DNA of 64,000 nucleotides from a virus. The position numbers and the translations under genes were made by a program. The stretch lies in the IMG/VR virus record IMGVR_UViG_3300043788_000023, positions 1-64,000 of that record; one strand, given 5' to 3'. The notes under the pieces are model-generated. The model saw only the letters and a list, made by a program, of their open reading frames with translations, was not told the DNA's origin and did not search any database. Positions within the stretch are counted from its first letter, which is position 1, and each line of letters opens with the position of its first letter. Below are positions 34,825 to 43,581 of this stretch, one piece after another.

Positions 34825-35001
34825 CTACTTCCCGCCCGTCAGCAGGCGGACGAACTTCATTGAGACGTGCATCAATTTCAGGATGTCCGCGAGGTAGTGG
34901 ATCAGGACGTTCGTGATGATGGTGATGGCAAGGGACACGCCGATGCTGATCAGGAAATGATCGGCGTGCGCCTTGACGTAAGCCTTGACCCTAGACCACA
35001 T
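34825..35001 (-). CDS. Small membrane protein (58 aa)
   Basis: MWSRVKAY..FLISIGVSLAITIITNVLI..; TAATG coupling; below the ORF-track cutoff. Confidence 0.6.
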   Translation of the reverse strand: MWSRVKAYVKAHADHFLISIGVSLAITIITNVLIHYLADILKLMHVSMKFVRLLTGGK

Positions 35002-37121
35002 TAGCCGATGACGATGTAGTTGAACACGATGGACGTTCCGGGCGTCGTGTTGACGTGGACCGTGATGCCCGATACCGATGTCGTGACCCAGTACGCGACG
35101 ATGCCCGCCACGCTTGGATCGCTCGTCGGCGTGACAACCACAATCGGAGCCGACGCGAACGAACGGCTGAAGTTGAACGTGCCCGTTGTTGCCGGGTTGG
35201 TGACTGTGATCGTTCCACGGACGTCTGTGTTACCCGTGAACTGAATGTTGGCACCGAGGGAGAAGTTACCGTTGGTACCCGTGACGAGAGCCGCGCTGGC
35301 TGTGATGTTGCCCGCGCCGGAGGTCTCAAGCAGGATGCCGCCCTCAACGCTGCCGACGATGAGAGCGTTCGCCGCCGCGTTGTCTTGCAGAGCCACGCCG
35401 TCCGATGCCAAGGCAGTGCCGACATTGACGCCGCGTGCGGTGTTGGAACCGGAGATGAGGACGCCGCCCACGCTTTCGCTGATTGACAGTGCGCTGCCGT
35501 TTCCGATAACCGTGGCGGGCAGAGTTACTGTGCCCGTGAACGTCGGGGAAGCCTTTGGAGCCAACAGGGCATCCGCTGCGTCCACATAAGCCTTGGTCGT
35601 CGCGTCGGTCGGGTTGACCGGGGTGGGGACAGTGACCGTGCCCGTGAACGTCGGAGACGCCTTAGGAGCGAGGCTGGAGAGCAGCGTGCCGGAGTCAACC
35701 ACGTTGCTGTTCGCATCGTAGGTAACCACATCGCCAGTGACGGTCGCTCCAGTGTTGGTCAACTGAACCGCGTTGCCGTTGCCCTGCTTGGAGTTGATCT
35801 GCGAGATCGCCAGCGTACCACCAAGGTCAGCAAATGCGACCGTGACGTTGCTGGACAGAGCGTGACCATTGACCGTTGTAGTCTTCGGTACAAGCAACCC
35901 TTCGGCCGTTGTTGCACGGCTTGTCTCAACTCCGACTGCCGCGTCGGCGTAGGCCGTCGTGGCGATCTTGGTCGAGTTGTCAAGAGCCGCTGCCGTAGGC
36001 GCGGTCGGCGTGCCTGTGAGAGCCGGGGAAGCCAGAGGTGCCGCGCCCGTGACCTGTGCCACGCTGTAGTCGCCGGAAGCCGGGAGCACCGCGCCGCTGC
36101 GACCGTTGAAAGATGTGACTCCTGCTGCGCCGCCGAGGCTGCTGAGCAGGACACCAGACGACACAACGTTTCCGTTGGAGTCATAGATGACCACATCGCC
36201 AGCAGCGATGACGCCCTGCTGAACCGGGGCGTTGATGACCGTTGCCGTGCTGATCGTAACCGCCCCAGTGTTTGCGAGCAGGCGACCGTTGTAGATACCG
36301 CCGTCAACCGTGATGGATGTGTGGGCGAGAATGTTGCCGTTGAACAGCGTGCCAGCGTTGGCTGCTGCGGTCATTGAACTTCCGCAGACGAAGACCACGT
36401 TTGCCGCAGTCGCGCCGTTCGTCAGGGCGATCTGTGATGCGCCCGTCAGGGTCAGCGTTGTTGCCATGAGGAACACGTAGGTGCCCGCGCCGTTCAGCGT
36501 CAAGGTTCCACCGCTGATGGTCATGGTGCCGCTGAGTGTGCTGTAGACGCCCGGAGCCAAAACTTGGGCGTCAAGTGCCGTGGGGATGGTCGTGCCCGGA
36601 CCCATCGCTTGGTAAGCCGCGATTGCCGCTGCCAAGTCAGTCTGGTTCTGAGCAACTGCCGTGACGACTGTCGTGCCGCCGTCAAGCGTCCAAGCCGGGG
36701 TGCCCGGCGTGATGGTGTTGGTCGGGTAGGAACCGATGTTCCCACCGTTGATCACCGTGCTGGAACCGTCAGAGTTCGTGACAGCCGATGCGCCGAGGAT
36801 CGTGTAGCTTGCCGCCGTCAACAGAGCCGTGGTGACAGGCGATGGCGGTGCGCTGCCAGTCGTCAACTGCACCTTGGAACCGTTGCCTTGGACACTGCCC
36901 GCGTTGAAGCTGCCGACCGTGAGGTTGGCGTTCGGGCTTACCCAGTTCAGGAATATGTTGTTGCCGTTAACCGCCTGCGCGGACAATGCCTGCCCAACGA
37001 TGGGCGGGATGTTCGGCAGCAGGAATGTCAAACCGCCAGCGATACCTTGGGCTTGAAGCGTTGCCTGTCCGGCGACGCTACCTGTGAATGTAATCGAGTT
37101 CACTACTGGATTGTTTGCCAT
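35001..37121 (-). CDS. Fibre-like virion protein with DUF3494 ice-binding domain
   Basis: ASYTILGASAVTN..LAPGVY..LTNGATAANVVF..GNILA..GRLLANTGAVT (~36225-36835); fibre motifs LASPALTGTPTAPT and ATTKAYVD. Confidence 0.82.
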   Translation of the reverse strand: MANNPVVNSITFTGSVAGQATLQAQGIAGGLTFLLPNIPPIVGQALSAQAVNGNNIFLNWVSPNANLTVGSFNAGSVQGNGSKVQLTTGSAPPSPVTTALLTAASYTILGASAVTNSDGSSTVINGGNIGSYPTNTITPGTPAWTLDGGTTVVTAVAQNQTDLAAAIAAYQAMGPGTTIPTALDAQVLAPGVYSTLSGTMTISGGTLTLNGAGTYVFLMATTLTLTGASQIALTNGATAANVVFVCGSSMTAAANAGTLFNGNILAHTSITVDGGIYNGRLLANTGAVTISTATVINAPVQQGVIAAGDVVIYDSNGNVVSSGVLLSSLGGAAGVTSFNGRSGAVLPASGDYSVAQVTGAAPLASPALTGTPTAPTAAALDNSTKIATTAYADAAVGVETSRATTAEGLLVPKTTTVNGHALSSNVTVAFADLGGTLAISQINSKQGNGNAVQLTNTGATVTGDVVTYDANSNVVDSGTLLSSLAPKASPTFTGTVTVPTPVNPTDATTKAYVDAADALLAPKASPTFTGTVTLPATVIGNGSALSISESVGGVLISGSNTARGVNVGTALASDGVALQDNAAANALIVGSVEGGILLETSGAGNITASAALVTGTNGNFSLGANIQFTGNTDVRGTITVTNPATTGTFNFSRSFASAPIVVVTPTSDPSVAGIVAYWVTTSVSGITVHVNTTPGTSIVFNYIVIG

Positions 37122-37143
37122 GTCTTTGTTTTCTCCAAATCCT

Positions 37144-37163
37144 CTATAAAACTGTGCGAAAGT
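37144..37163 (-). promoter_or_regulatory. Putative late-promoter motif ACTTTCGCACAGTTTTATAG
   Basis: 20-nt motif in the gap upstream of ATG 37121. Confidence 0.45.
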
Positions 37164-37171
37164 CTAAATCC

Positions 37172-37909
37172 TTACAGGTTCCTCACGTAAACCCAGATGA
37201 GGTTTGAGCTTGTGAGAAACTGAACTTGCCCGTTCGCCTGCGTGAACACGGACGACGGAAGAACTAGGAACTCCACCGATCCGGCTCCGAGGGGAATGCT
37301 GTAGTCGTCCACGTCGGATTTGCGACCCGTGCAAGCGTCGGGCGCAGAGTAGAGCGTCACGTTCGCCTCAGAGTCAACGTAAGCTGCCCAGAACGCGGGC
37401 GTATGCGGCTTTGTGTTAGAGTTTGACGCGAGGGAGATAAATGCCCCTGCCGTGTTGCTCGCCGTTCCCGTGTCAGCAGCGGACACGTAGTCGGCGTGAG
37501 CGAAGGTGAAGCTGAACTGGGTTCCAGTTGCGGACGTAACCGTAACGGACTGACCATTCAAGAAAGTTGCGGTGGTGAGACCAGCGAGATTCACAACTTC
37601 GCCGACTGTGAACGTGTTGACCGCCAAGAGGGTTGCCACGTTGGTGGTAATTGCCACGTTGGTGATTGTCGCTGAGTCGCCAGCGAAGTTCACTACTGAA
37701 CCCTTCGGATACGTTACGCTCATGTTCCAATTCAAGGCGCTCGTCGCGGGGTAGCAGTAGAACGTCACGAGGTCACGGTTCGTCGCCGTGTAGAAGTTGC
37801 CGTTCGCCGGATCGGTCTGAGTGTAGACCGGGTTGAGAGCGGTTCCGCTGCCCGGCCCAGTGGGCAGGAGCGTGAGCGCTGGAGTGTTCGGTACCGATGT
37901 CATTGGCAT
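37172..37909 (-). CDS. Probable virion structural protein (beta-rich)
   Basis: T/A/N-rich, in tail gene context. Confidence 0.65.
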   Translation of the reverse strand: MPMTSVPNTPALTLLPTGPGSGTALNPVYTQTDPANGNFYTATNRDLVTFYCYPATSALNWNMSVTYPKGSVVNFAGDSATITNVAITTNVATLLAVNTFTVGEVVNLAGLTTATFLNGQSVTVTSATGTQFSFTFAHADYVSAADTGTASNTAGAFISLASNSNTKPHTPAFWAAYVDSEANVTLYSAPDACTGRKSDVDDYSIPLGAGSVEFLVLPSSVFTQANGQVQFLTSSNLIWVYVRNL

Positions 37910-37913
37910 AGTC

Positions 37914-38096
37914 TTATTCCTTCTTGTCCTTGATGGAAGCTTTGAACTTCCTGAATTCCTTCCACTCCGTGTCCCAGAAATGCTCGGCCAGCTTGTCCCA
38001 CAGGGACTTCACAAATGAACCGATAGTCAGTCCACCGCCGATGAGCAGGTAGTGGATGACACGGTCGTCCAAGTCCATGTGAGGATGCGGGATCAT
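37914..38096 (-). CDS. Small single-TM protein
   Basis: Likely start ATG 38096 (ATGA overlap); YLLIGGGLTIGSFV hydrophobic segment. Confidence 0.55.
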   Translation of the reverse strand: MIPHPHMDLDDRVIHYLLIGGGLTIGSFVKSLWDKLAEHFWDTEWKEFRKFKASIKDKKE

Positions 38097-38719
38097 TGAA
38101 TTATCTTTGACATCCCCAAAGCCGTCATATAGGTTCCCGTAAAGTTCGCGGCGTCTGTCAAGCTTGTTCCAGTTGTGTTGTCCACGAGCGCAACACCGCC
38201 GAATCCGTATCCGGCAGGCAGCGTCATTGTGGCTTGGTTGCGCAGTGTCCCGGTGTTCGCGGTGAAAACCGGAAGGATGTTGAGTGTCTGGCAGCATAGA
38301 GCACTGGGTAGCCAATTACCCGACGTGACTGTGATAGCGCCTGTCGTAACAGGCGACGCCGCTACCACTGCCCCGATGTTGTTCGTGGACTGTGTCGCAA
38401 CGCCCGAATACTCCCCGAGGACGGCGCAGATGTTGGTAGCCGTCGTAGCGTGTATGACGACCGAGGTCACACCCGTGGGGGCGACGCTTGTCGTAAAGGC
38501 TAGGAACATGCTACCGCAAGTGTTTGCTACCCCTCCTGCGCCCAACGACCAAGCGTTGGAGGCAGAGTCCGTGATAGAGGTGATGTTCGAGGTACCGTTG
38601 AAGGCAAGAAACGCCAGATAAAGGGCGTTGTTGGTCGTGCTGGTATAGGTGATCGTCAGGGTCGTTGCCGTCCCTGCTCCAGTTGAAGCTGTTGCGCCAC
38701 CTACGTATGCTATCGCCAT
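38093..38719 (-). CDS. Probable tail or receptor-binding beta-sandwich protein
   Basis: T/A/G-rich; ITDSASNAW resembles the TDNQGNSW and TDTQNNVY modules of the large fibre. Confidence 0.65.
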   Translation of the reverse strand: MAIAYVGGATASTGAGTATTLTITYTSTTNNALYLAFLAFNGTSNITSITDSASNAWSLGAGGVANTCGSMFLAFTTSVAPTGVTSVVIHATTATNICAVLGEYSGVATQSTNNIGAVVAASPVTTGAITVTSGNWLPSALCCQTLNILPVFTANTGTLRNQATMTLPAGYGFGGVALVDNTTGTSLTDAANFTGTYMTALGMSKIIQ

Positions 38720-38741
38720 CGGATCGCCTCTTCAGTTCCTC

Positions 38742-39038
38742 TTACTTCGCTGCTGGTGCAGCCGGGGTAGCAGGTGCCGCTACCGGAGCCGGGTTTGCCT
38801 TCACGTACAAGTACGCCGCGAGACCACCGCTGCAAATAGAAACGAGGATGAGCAGGTCAATTTCGCTGTGCAGACCGTTGGTCAGATTGAACTTGCTGTA
38901 GTCAAGCACCGAAGCGCCGACCACGGACGAAAGACCGGACCACGCGCCGTGCAGAGCCGCCTTACCTGCTGCTCCGACATAAACGACCCAACGCTTTCCG
39001 TCAGCCTCAGCAGCCTTAAACCAAGATGAAATGGACAT
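38742..39038 (-). CDS. Small membrane protein (holin-like candidate)
   Basis: Hydrophobic helices; GGAGG RBS. Confidence 0.55.
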   Translation of the reverse strand: MSISSWFKAAEADGKRWVVYVGAAGKAALHGAWSGLSSVVGASVLDYSKFNLTNGLHSEIDLLILVSICSGGLAAYLYVKANPAPVAAPATPAAPAAK

Positions 39039-39048
39039 GGGAACCCTC

Positions 39049-39068
39049 CTACAAAGGGAGGCGATAGG
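39049..39068 (-). promoter_or_regulatory. Putative late-promoter motif CCTATCGCCTCCCTTTGTAG
   Basis: 20-nt motif 10 nt before ATG 39038. Confidence 0.55.
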
Positions 39069-39114
39069 CAGGAAACGGCATCGCTAATTGCCGCTTTTTA
39101 GGGGATTTATAAGG

Positions 39115-39840
39115 CTAGTGCTGGTCGTAGTGGATTAGCTCAAAGCGACCGTCTTCGTGTTCAACGATGGCAGTCAGGGATTCTACCCAGTCGCCACAGT
39201 TAAAATACCCAGTGTCTTCGTCCAACGCCGGGGTGTGGATATGCCCGCAGATGACGCCGTCCGCGCCCTCGCTTTTGGCAAGCTCAAGCAGGGACTCTTC
39301 AAAATCCCCTACATAGGCGACCGCTTCCTTGACCCGCCTCTTGATGAGAGCCGAGAATGACCGGAACTTCATGCCGAACAGCCTGCGGAACCAGTTCACG
39401 GAGGTGTTGAGCCGGACGAGCCAGTCGTAGAGGAATGAGCCTACCTTGGCAAGCCACTTGGCGTGCCCCATGACCGGGTCAAAGAGGTCACCATGGATGA
39501 CCAAAAGCTTGCGACCAAGCAGCCCCGTGAAGACGCACTTTTCCACGATCTCGATGTTGCCGAGTTCAAAGCCTTCAAAAAACCTGATTTCCGGGTCGTG
39601 GTTGCCTGGTAGGATCACAAACTTGGTGCCTTTACGAGCCTTGCGAAGGATTTTCTGGATGACTGTGTTCGCCTCAAGGGGCCAAAAACGTGAACGCCTG
39701 ACCTCCCACAGCCCGAGGAAGTCGCCGACGATGTACCAAGTGTCGGCTTCGTTGTCCCGTAGGAAGTTCAGCAGAGCCGAATAGTTGCACGCCCCGCCGA
39801 GGTGAGTGTCGCTGATGAAGATAGTCCGGTAGTGTGGCAT
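39115..39840 (-). CDS. Calcineurin-like metallophosphoesterase (UDP-2,3-diacylglucosamine hydrolase-like family)
   Basis: SDTHLG, GDF, GNHD, HGD, GHIH, NCGDWVE motifs. Confidence 0.85.
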   Translation of the reverse strand: MPHYRTIFISDTHLGGACNYSALLNFLRDNEADTWYIVGDFLGLWEVRRSRFWPLEANTVIQKILRKARKGTKFVILPGNHDPEIRFFEGFELGNIEIVEKCVFTGLLGRKLLVIHGDLFDPVMGHAKWLAKVGSFLYDWLVRLNTSVNWFRRLFGMKFRSFSALIKRRVKEAVAYVGDFEESLLELAKSEGADGVICGHIHTPALDEDTGYFNCGDWVESLTAIVEHEDGRFELIHYDQH

Positions 39841-39880
39841 CTGCTTATTAGATGAAAATACGTGTTACAGTCAGGTGAAT

Positions 39881-40672
39881 TTACTCGCAACTCTGGATGA
39901 ACGACCCGATGAGCGCGGGGGTTACGGGCGAGCAGGAGTTGCCTAGCGCCCTAAGTCTGTGTGTCCAATCGGGAATCCCATAAACTGTTCGGAAGCCTCG
40001 GGCGTAGGCAGCAGCTTCGGATTCTTCTGAATCACCGTCCGAACGAGCATTTCCTGCGCCCAGTTCATGCTGCCAGTAACGCCAGTCTTGGCACGCTTGC
40101 GCCACCTTCCTTTGGACGTCTGGTGGAAGCGATCCCCCGCCCACTCCTTCTCCAAGGCGTTGATGTAGGTCGGAGTTGTCGTGACTGTTGTCGTGAGCGA
40201 GGATGAAAACACGTTCCCTTTTGAACGGCGCACCGAAGGTTTCAAGACCCACCACGGACGCCCAGCAGGAGTAGCCTGTTCCTTCCAAGTCACCGATGAC
40301 CCGATCAGCGCCTTTATTCTTGAGGTCAGGAACGTTCTCAACGAGGACCCAACGGGGTCGGAGTTCTCGGACGATGCGGGCGTACTCAAACCAGAGACCG
40401 CTTCGCTCAAAGAGTCCACGTTCTTTGCCTCCGGCTGCACGGCTGAGGTCTTGGCAGGGGAAACCACCGCTGATGAGGTCAACTGGCTTGAGGTTGTGCT
40501 TGCCAACATCTTTGACGTTGGGGAATCTTGGGACATCGGGCCACCTTTTGGCGAGGACTTTATTGCAAAAGGGGTCTTTCTCAACTTGCCATAGGGTATC
40601 AAACCCAGCCCATTCCAGACCGAGATCAATGCCGCCAATGCCTGTGAAGAGGCTGCCATGAGTCAAACCCAT
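39881..40672 (-). CDS. DNA (cytosine-5) methyltransferase, main (alpha) chain
   Basis: LFTGIGG (I), GGFPCQDLS (IV), ENV (VI), KRERVF (VIII), LGNS (X). Confidence 0.9.
   Translation of the reverse strand: MGLTHGSLFTGIGGIDLGLEWAGFDTLWQVEKDPFCNKVLAKRWPDVPRFPNVKDVGKHNLKPVDLISGGFPCQDLSRAAGGKERGLFERSGLWFEYARIVRELRPRWVLVENVPDLKNKGADRVIGDLEGTGYSCWASVVGLETFGAPFKRERVFILAHDNSHDNSDLHQRLGEGVGGGSLPPDVQRKVAQACQDWRYWQHELGAGNARSDGDSEESEAAAYARGFRTVYGIPDWTHRLRALGNSCSPVTPALIGSFIQSCE
39943..40536 (-). CDS. Overlapping alternative-frame (beta) chain of the C5-MTase
   Basis: ATG 40536 with AAAGGT RBS; ends in motif IX-like PTPEASEQFMGFPIGHT. Confidence 0.7.
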   Translation of the reverse strand: MSQDSPTSKMLASTTSSQLTSSAVVSPAKTSAVQPEAKNVDSLSEAVSGLSTPASSENSDPVGSSLRTFLTSRIKALIGSSVTWKEQATPAGRPWWVLKPSVRRSKGNVFSSSLTTTVTTTPTYINALEKEWAGDRFHQTSKGRWRKRAKTGVTGSMNWAQEMLVRTVIQKNPKLLPTPEASEQFMGFPIGHTDLGR

Positions 40673-40705
40673 GAGCCTTAATACTGCGAGAAGGGCGCTA
40701 TCGGT

Positions 40706-40924
40706 TTAGAACGAGCAGTCTGGGACAAGACGCCATGATTTCAGGAGCGTCTCTGGTATGTAAAGCGTGTTTTTGTGTGCGGCCGCCCACACTCGAAGCT
40801 CCTCGGATCGGAGGTATTGGTCGGGAGTCAACCCAAGCTCCCTGACCTTAAGCTCAAAGGCACAGACGGTGGGCGGTGCTACTTCTGACTGGTCTTTCCC
40901 CCAGTTGGGGTTTCCTCGTGGCAT
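40706..40924 (-). CDS. Hypothetical protein
   Basis: 72 aa, AAGGAG RBS. Confidence 0.7.
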   Translation of the reverse strand: MPRGNPNWGKDQSEVAPPTVCAFELKVRELGLTPDQYLRSEELRVWAAAHKNTLYIPETLLKSWRLVPDCSF

Positions 40925-40933
40925 AGGTCTCCT

Positions 40934-42298
40934 TTACGCTATAGCTGCACGCTTCTTGTACGGCTTCCTCTGCTTGGGGGCACGCTGGTTCTTGAGAAAG
41001 CACTCGGCAAGCTGCTTGAGGCGAGCACGGCACCGGGAAAACTCTTGCTCGGTCACGCCCATGTACTCCGCTGCTTCCCCCATCGCCCCGCATGCTTCCA
41101 GCGCCTCTATCGCTGGAAACACGGTCGGGTCTTCCTTGCGCACGTACCGCTTGAATTCCCCCGTGTACAAGGCGTCATCGTGCTGCTTCTGCGCTCGCTC
41201 TGCTGCTGTGGACAAATGCTGCGAGTTTGAGTGAATGAATTCGTCGCTGCTGGTCGTCGGGTCTGCCTCGTCCAACGAGACGCCGAACGCAATGTTTCCG
41301 GGTCGGCACACAGGATTCTTCTGGCGCTTGCTCTGTACTGTATTGAACTTGTTGGCAAGGCAGAAATTGATGTAGTTACGGAAGCGACGTTCAGACGCAC
41401 CGTACTGTTGGTATGGATCAAACGTCTCAACCACATCTGCGCATCCCAGCGGTCGCCCGTTGGCACCCGGCGACCTATGCTTAGATGCTTGCGGGAGCCA
41501 CTTCATGTGGATCAACAAGTCCTGCGTCCAGTCTTCAACGTCCTCATCCACCACGAAGCGGTTGAGGCGTTTCTTCACCCAGTTGAGCACGTACTTGGGG
41601 TAGCGGTCGTAGAACTCGTCAAAGTTTCTCGGCACCACGAAGCCGTCGTCACCCACGAAATGACCATCCGCACTTTGCACGAACGGGTCACCCGTATAGT
41701 CAAAGTCAATCTTTTCCTCTTCAACCGCTTCGCCTGACACAGACACGGGTTCTGGCGCAGGTATCGGAGGAGGTGCGGGGAGTACTGCGACGGGCTGCGG
41801 AGTGGGTTGGACTACGACTTCAGGTTCGGCAATCTTCGCCTTCTTTTCCAAGATCGCTAGGCGACGTATCTCTTGTTCACGGAGCGCAAGCTCCATCGCA
41901 ACCGGGTCAACGGCAACTGCCCAGCCATTCGCTGCTACTCCGGTGATCGTTCCTACAATCGGGCGTCCCCACGGAGCCGCACCCTGCAAGGACTTCTTGC
42001 CGTCCCAAGCGACTACGGGAGCGCCAGTAAGATCATCGTTATCCGCAAGCACGACGTAACTTGGGACGACCTGCTTTTTCCAAGGGCGAAGGTTCTTGTA
42101 CAGAGTCCTCTCGGGTTCCTCGGACGGCTGGGGTCTCCGGGGTCCCGTCAGGTTATAGACGAGAGATATGAGTGCGGCGTCCCCGGAATGAAACTCGTGG
42201 GCGTCCGGGTATATGAACCGCAGGGTGACGCTTTTGTCGGGATTTTGGAGTGCATAGACTGGCACCGACTTCCCGCTGATGACATCCTCAGTAGACAT
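40934..42298 (-). CDS. Sigma-factor-like protein with an extra N-terminal domain
   Basis: FDEFYDRY..DVEDWTQD..FRNYI (region 2-like) and MGEAAEYMGVTEQEFSRCRARL (region 4 HTH); GGAGGA RBS before ATG 42298. Confidence 0.65.
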   Translation of the reverse strand: MSTEDVISGKSVPVYALQNPDKSVTLRFIYPDAHEFHSGDAALISLVYNLTGPRRPQPSEEPERTLYKNLRPWKKQVVPSYVVLADNDDLTGAPVVAWDGKKSLQGAAPWGRPIVGTITGVAANGWAVAVDPVAMELALREQEIRRLAILEKKAKIAEPEVVVQPTPQPVAVLPAPPPIPAPEPVSVSGEAVEEEKIDFDYTGDPFVQSADGHFVGDDGFVVPRNFDEFYDRYPKYVLNWVKKRLNRFVVDEDVEDWTQDLLIHMKWLPQASKHRSPGANGRPLGCADVVETFDPYQQYGASERRFRNYINFCLANKFNTVQSKRQKNPVCRPGNIAFGVSLDEADPTTSSDEFIHSNSQHLSTAAERAQKQHDDALYTGEFKRYVRKEDPTVFPAIEALEACGAMGEAAEYMGVTEQEFSRCRARLKQLAECFLKNQRAPKQRKPYKKRAAIA

Positions 42299-42368
42299 AA
42301 TCCTCCGTAGACACGTCAACCACGCCGGGAGTCGGTGCCCACGGGTAGCGTGTGGAAAAGTGTGAAGC

Positions 42369-42569
42369 TTATTTCAATCCAAATGGGCGCAAAGTATCCC
42401 CGGCGAGAAGGGCTTCTTCTGCCTCGATGCGCTTCTTCAAGTCTACCATCATGGGGCACCTCTCGCCAAGACCACAAGTTGTGTCTTGAACATGGCTGGC
42501 ATAGAGGGCTTTCATGAGTTCGACTGCGCGGGGTCTTTGACGCTCGGATTGAATGATAGTTTTGGTCAT
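42369..42569 (-). CDS. Hypothetical protein
   Basis: ATG 42569 downstream of a sigma70-like promoter. Confidence 0.55.
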   Translation of the reverse strand: MTKTIIQSERQRPRAVELMKALYASHVQDTTCGLGERCPMMVDLKKRIEAEEALLAGDTLRPFGLK

Positions 42570-42591
42570 CAGTCCGTACCTTGAGATAGCT

Positions 42592-42620
42592 ACATTACAG
42601 TAGATGCTGGGGGATGTCAA
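42592..42620 (-). promoter_or_regulatory. Sigma70-like promoter TTGACA-N17-TAATGT
   Basis: Consensus -35 and 17-nt spacer. Confidence 0.6.
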
Positions 42621-42632
42621 CTGGTTGCAGGA

Positions 42633-42908
42633 TTAAATCTTTTTGTTGAGGCCTTCTACTTCGGGTGCTGCACACTCAATGACGGGTTCCAAGGCTTCTA
42701 TCTTAGCATAGGGGGAGGAACCGTTTGCTGCTGCGGCGTTTGCGAAGGGGAGGACGAACTCGGCGTCACGGAGCCTGCGTTTGATCGTTGTAGCTGGGAG
42801 GCTGGCGATGGTCTCGGACAACTCGGCTACCGCCGCTGAAAGGGCTTCACGGCAAGCTGCCGCTGTAATGCAGACGTTGGGGATCGGTGCTTCTTTTCCG
42901 ACTGCCAT
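42633..42908 (-). CDS. Hypothetical protein
   Basis: TAATG coupling to the upstream gene. Confidence 0.6.
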   Translation of the reverse strand: MAVGKEAPIPNVCITAAACREALSAAVAELSETIASLPATTIKRRLRDAEFVLPFANAAAANGSSPYAKIEALEPVIECAAPEVEGLNKKI

Positions 42909-43306
42909 TACTTTTTACCCCCGAGGACAGAGATCAACTGCTGGAGGATGCTCTGGAAGTTGACCATGATGGAGTTCTGGTTAGCCATGAGGACATCTTG
43001 CTTGGTAGCCATCTCACGTACCAGCCCAAGTTCTTCGGCGGCGACTTCAGCTTGGTGGTGGATCGCCTCGGCAAGCTGGTGAACGCTCTGAGCGAGTTCA
43101 CGCTGCGCCTGCACTTGGCTTTCAAGGTGGGCTTTCAGTTCGGCATTGCTGTCATTGATCGCCTTGGTGTTGGCTTCAAGTTGACGATTCGTGTTGTTGT
43201 TTTGGATTGAGTTCCAGATGAAAAGCCCTGCACACAGGATCACAGCCCCGGCTGAGGGACCGAATTCCTTGATGAGTTCAACTGGTTCGGCTTGGAATAA
43301 TAGCAT
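42908..43306 (-). CDS. Membrane-anchored coiled-coil protein
   Basis: N-terminal TM followed by heptad repeats. Confidence 0.65.
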   Translation of the reverse strand: MLLFQAEPVELIKEFGPSAGAVILCAGLFIWNSIQNNNTNRQLEANTKAINDSNAELKAHLESQVQAQRELAQSVHQLAEAIHHQAEVAAEELGLVREMATKQDVLMANQNSIMVNFQSILQQLISVLGGKK

Positions 43307-43515
43307 CAGCTTCCCTTGAGTGCGTTTGCTTCAGCTTTGATCTTAGCTGCGGCAACAAGGGCATCCGCGAGTACGAGGGCGGCGGCTAGTGTAGCGTCAG
43401 CTTTGATTTCTGCCTTAATCTTTTCCGGCATGGCGCTCATCCTAAAGTGCTGGACGATTGTCGTGATCAGCGCGACGACTGCTGTTACGCCCGCTATTAG
43501 GGTGTCGTAAGTCAT
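43306..43515 (-). CDS. Small membrane protein
   Basis: MTYDTLIAGVTAVVALITTIV; likely start 43515. Confidence 0.6.
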   Translation of the reverse strand: MTYDTLIAGVTAVVALITTIVQHFRMSAMPEKIKAEIKADATLAAALVLADALVAAAKIKAEANALKGS

Positions 43516-43554
43516 AGGTTTTCCACCTGAACGAGGCAGAACACACATGACCCG

Positions 43555-43574
43555 CTACAAATGGGACGCGTAGC
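43555..43574 (-). promoter_or_regulatory. Putative late-promoter motif GCTACGCGTCCCATTTGTAG
   Basis: 17/20 identical to 480-499. Confidence 0.6.
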
Positions 43575-43581
43575 ACGGGAA

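Noticed and set aside
30431-37121. Diversity-generating retroelement or invertible tail-fibre cassette
   Set aside because: No reverse transcriptase, invertase or adenine-specific TR/VR pair; the repeats are degenerate protein repeats.
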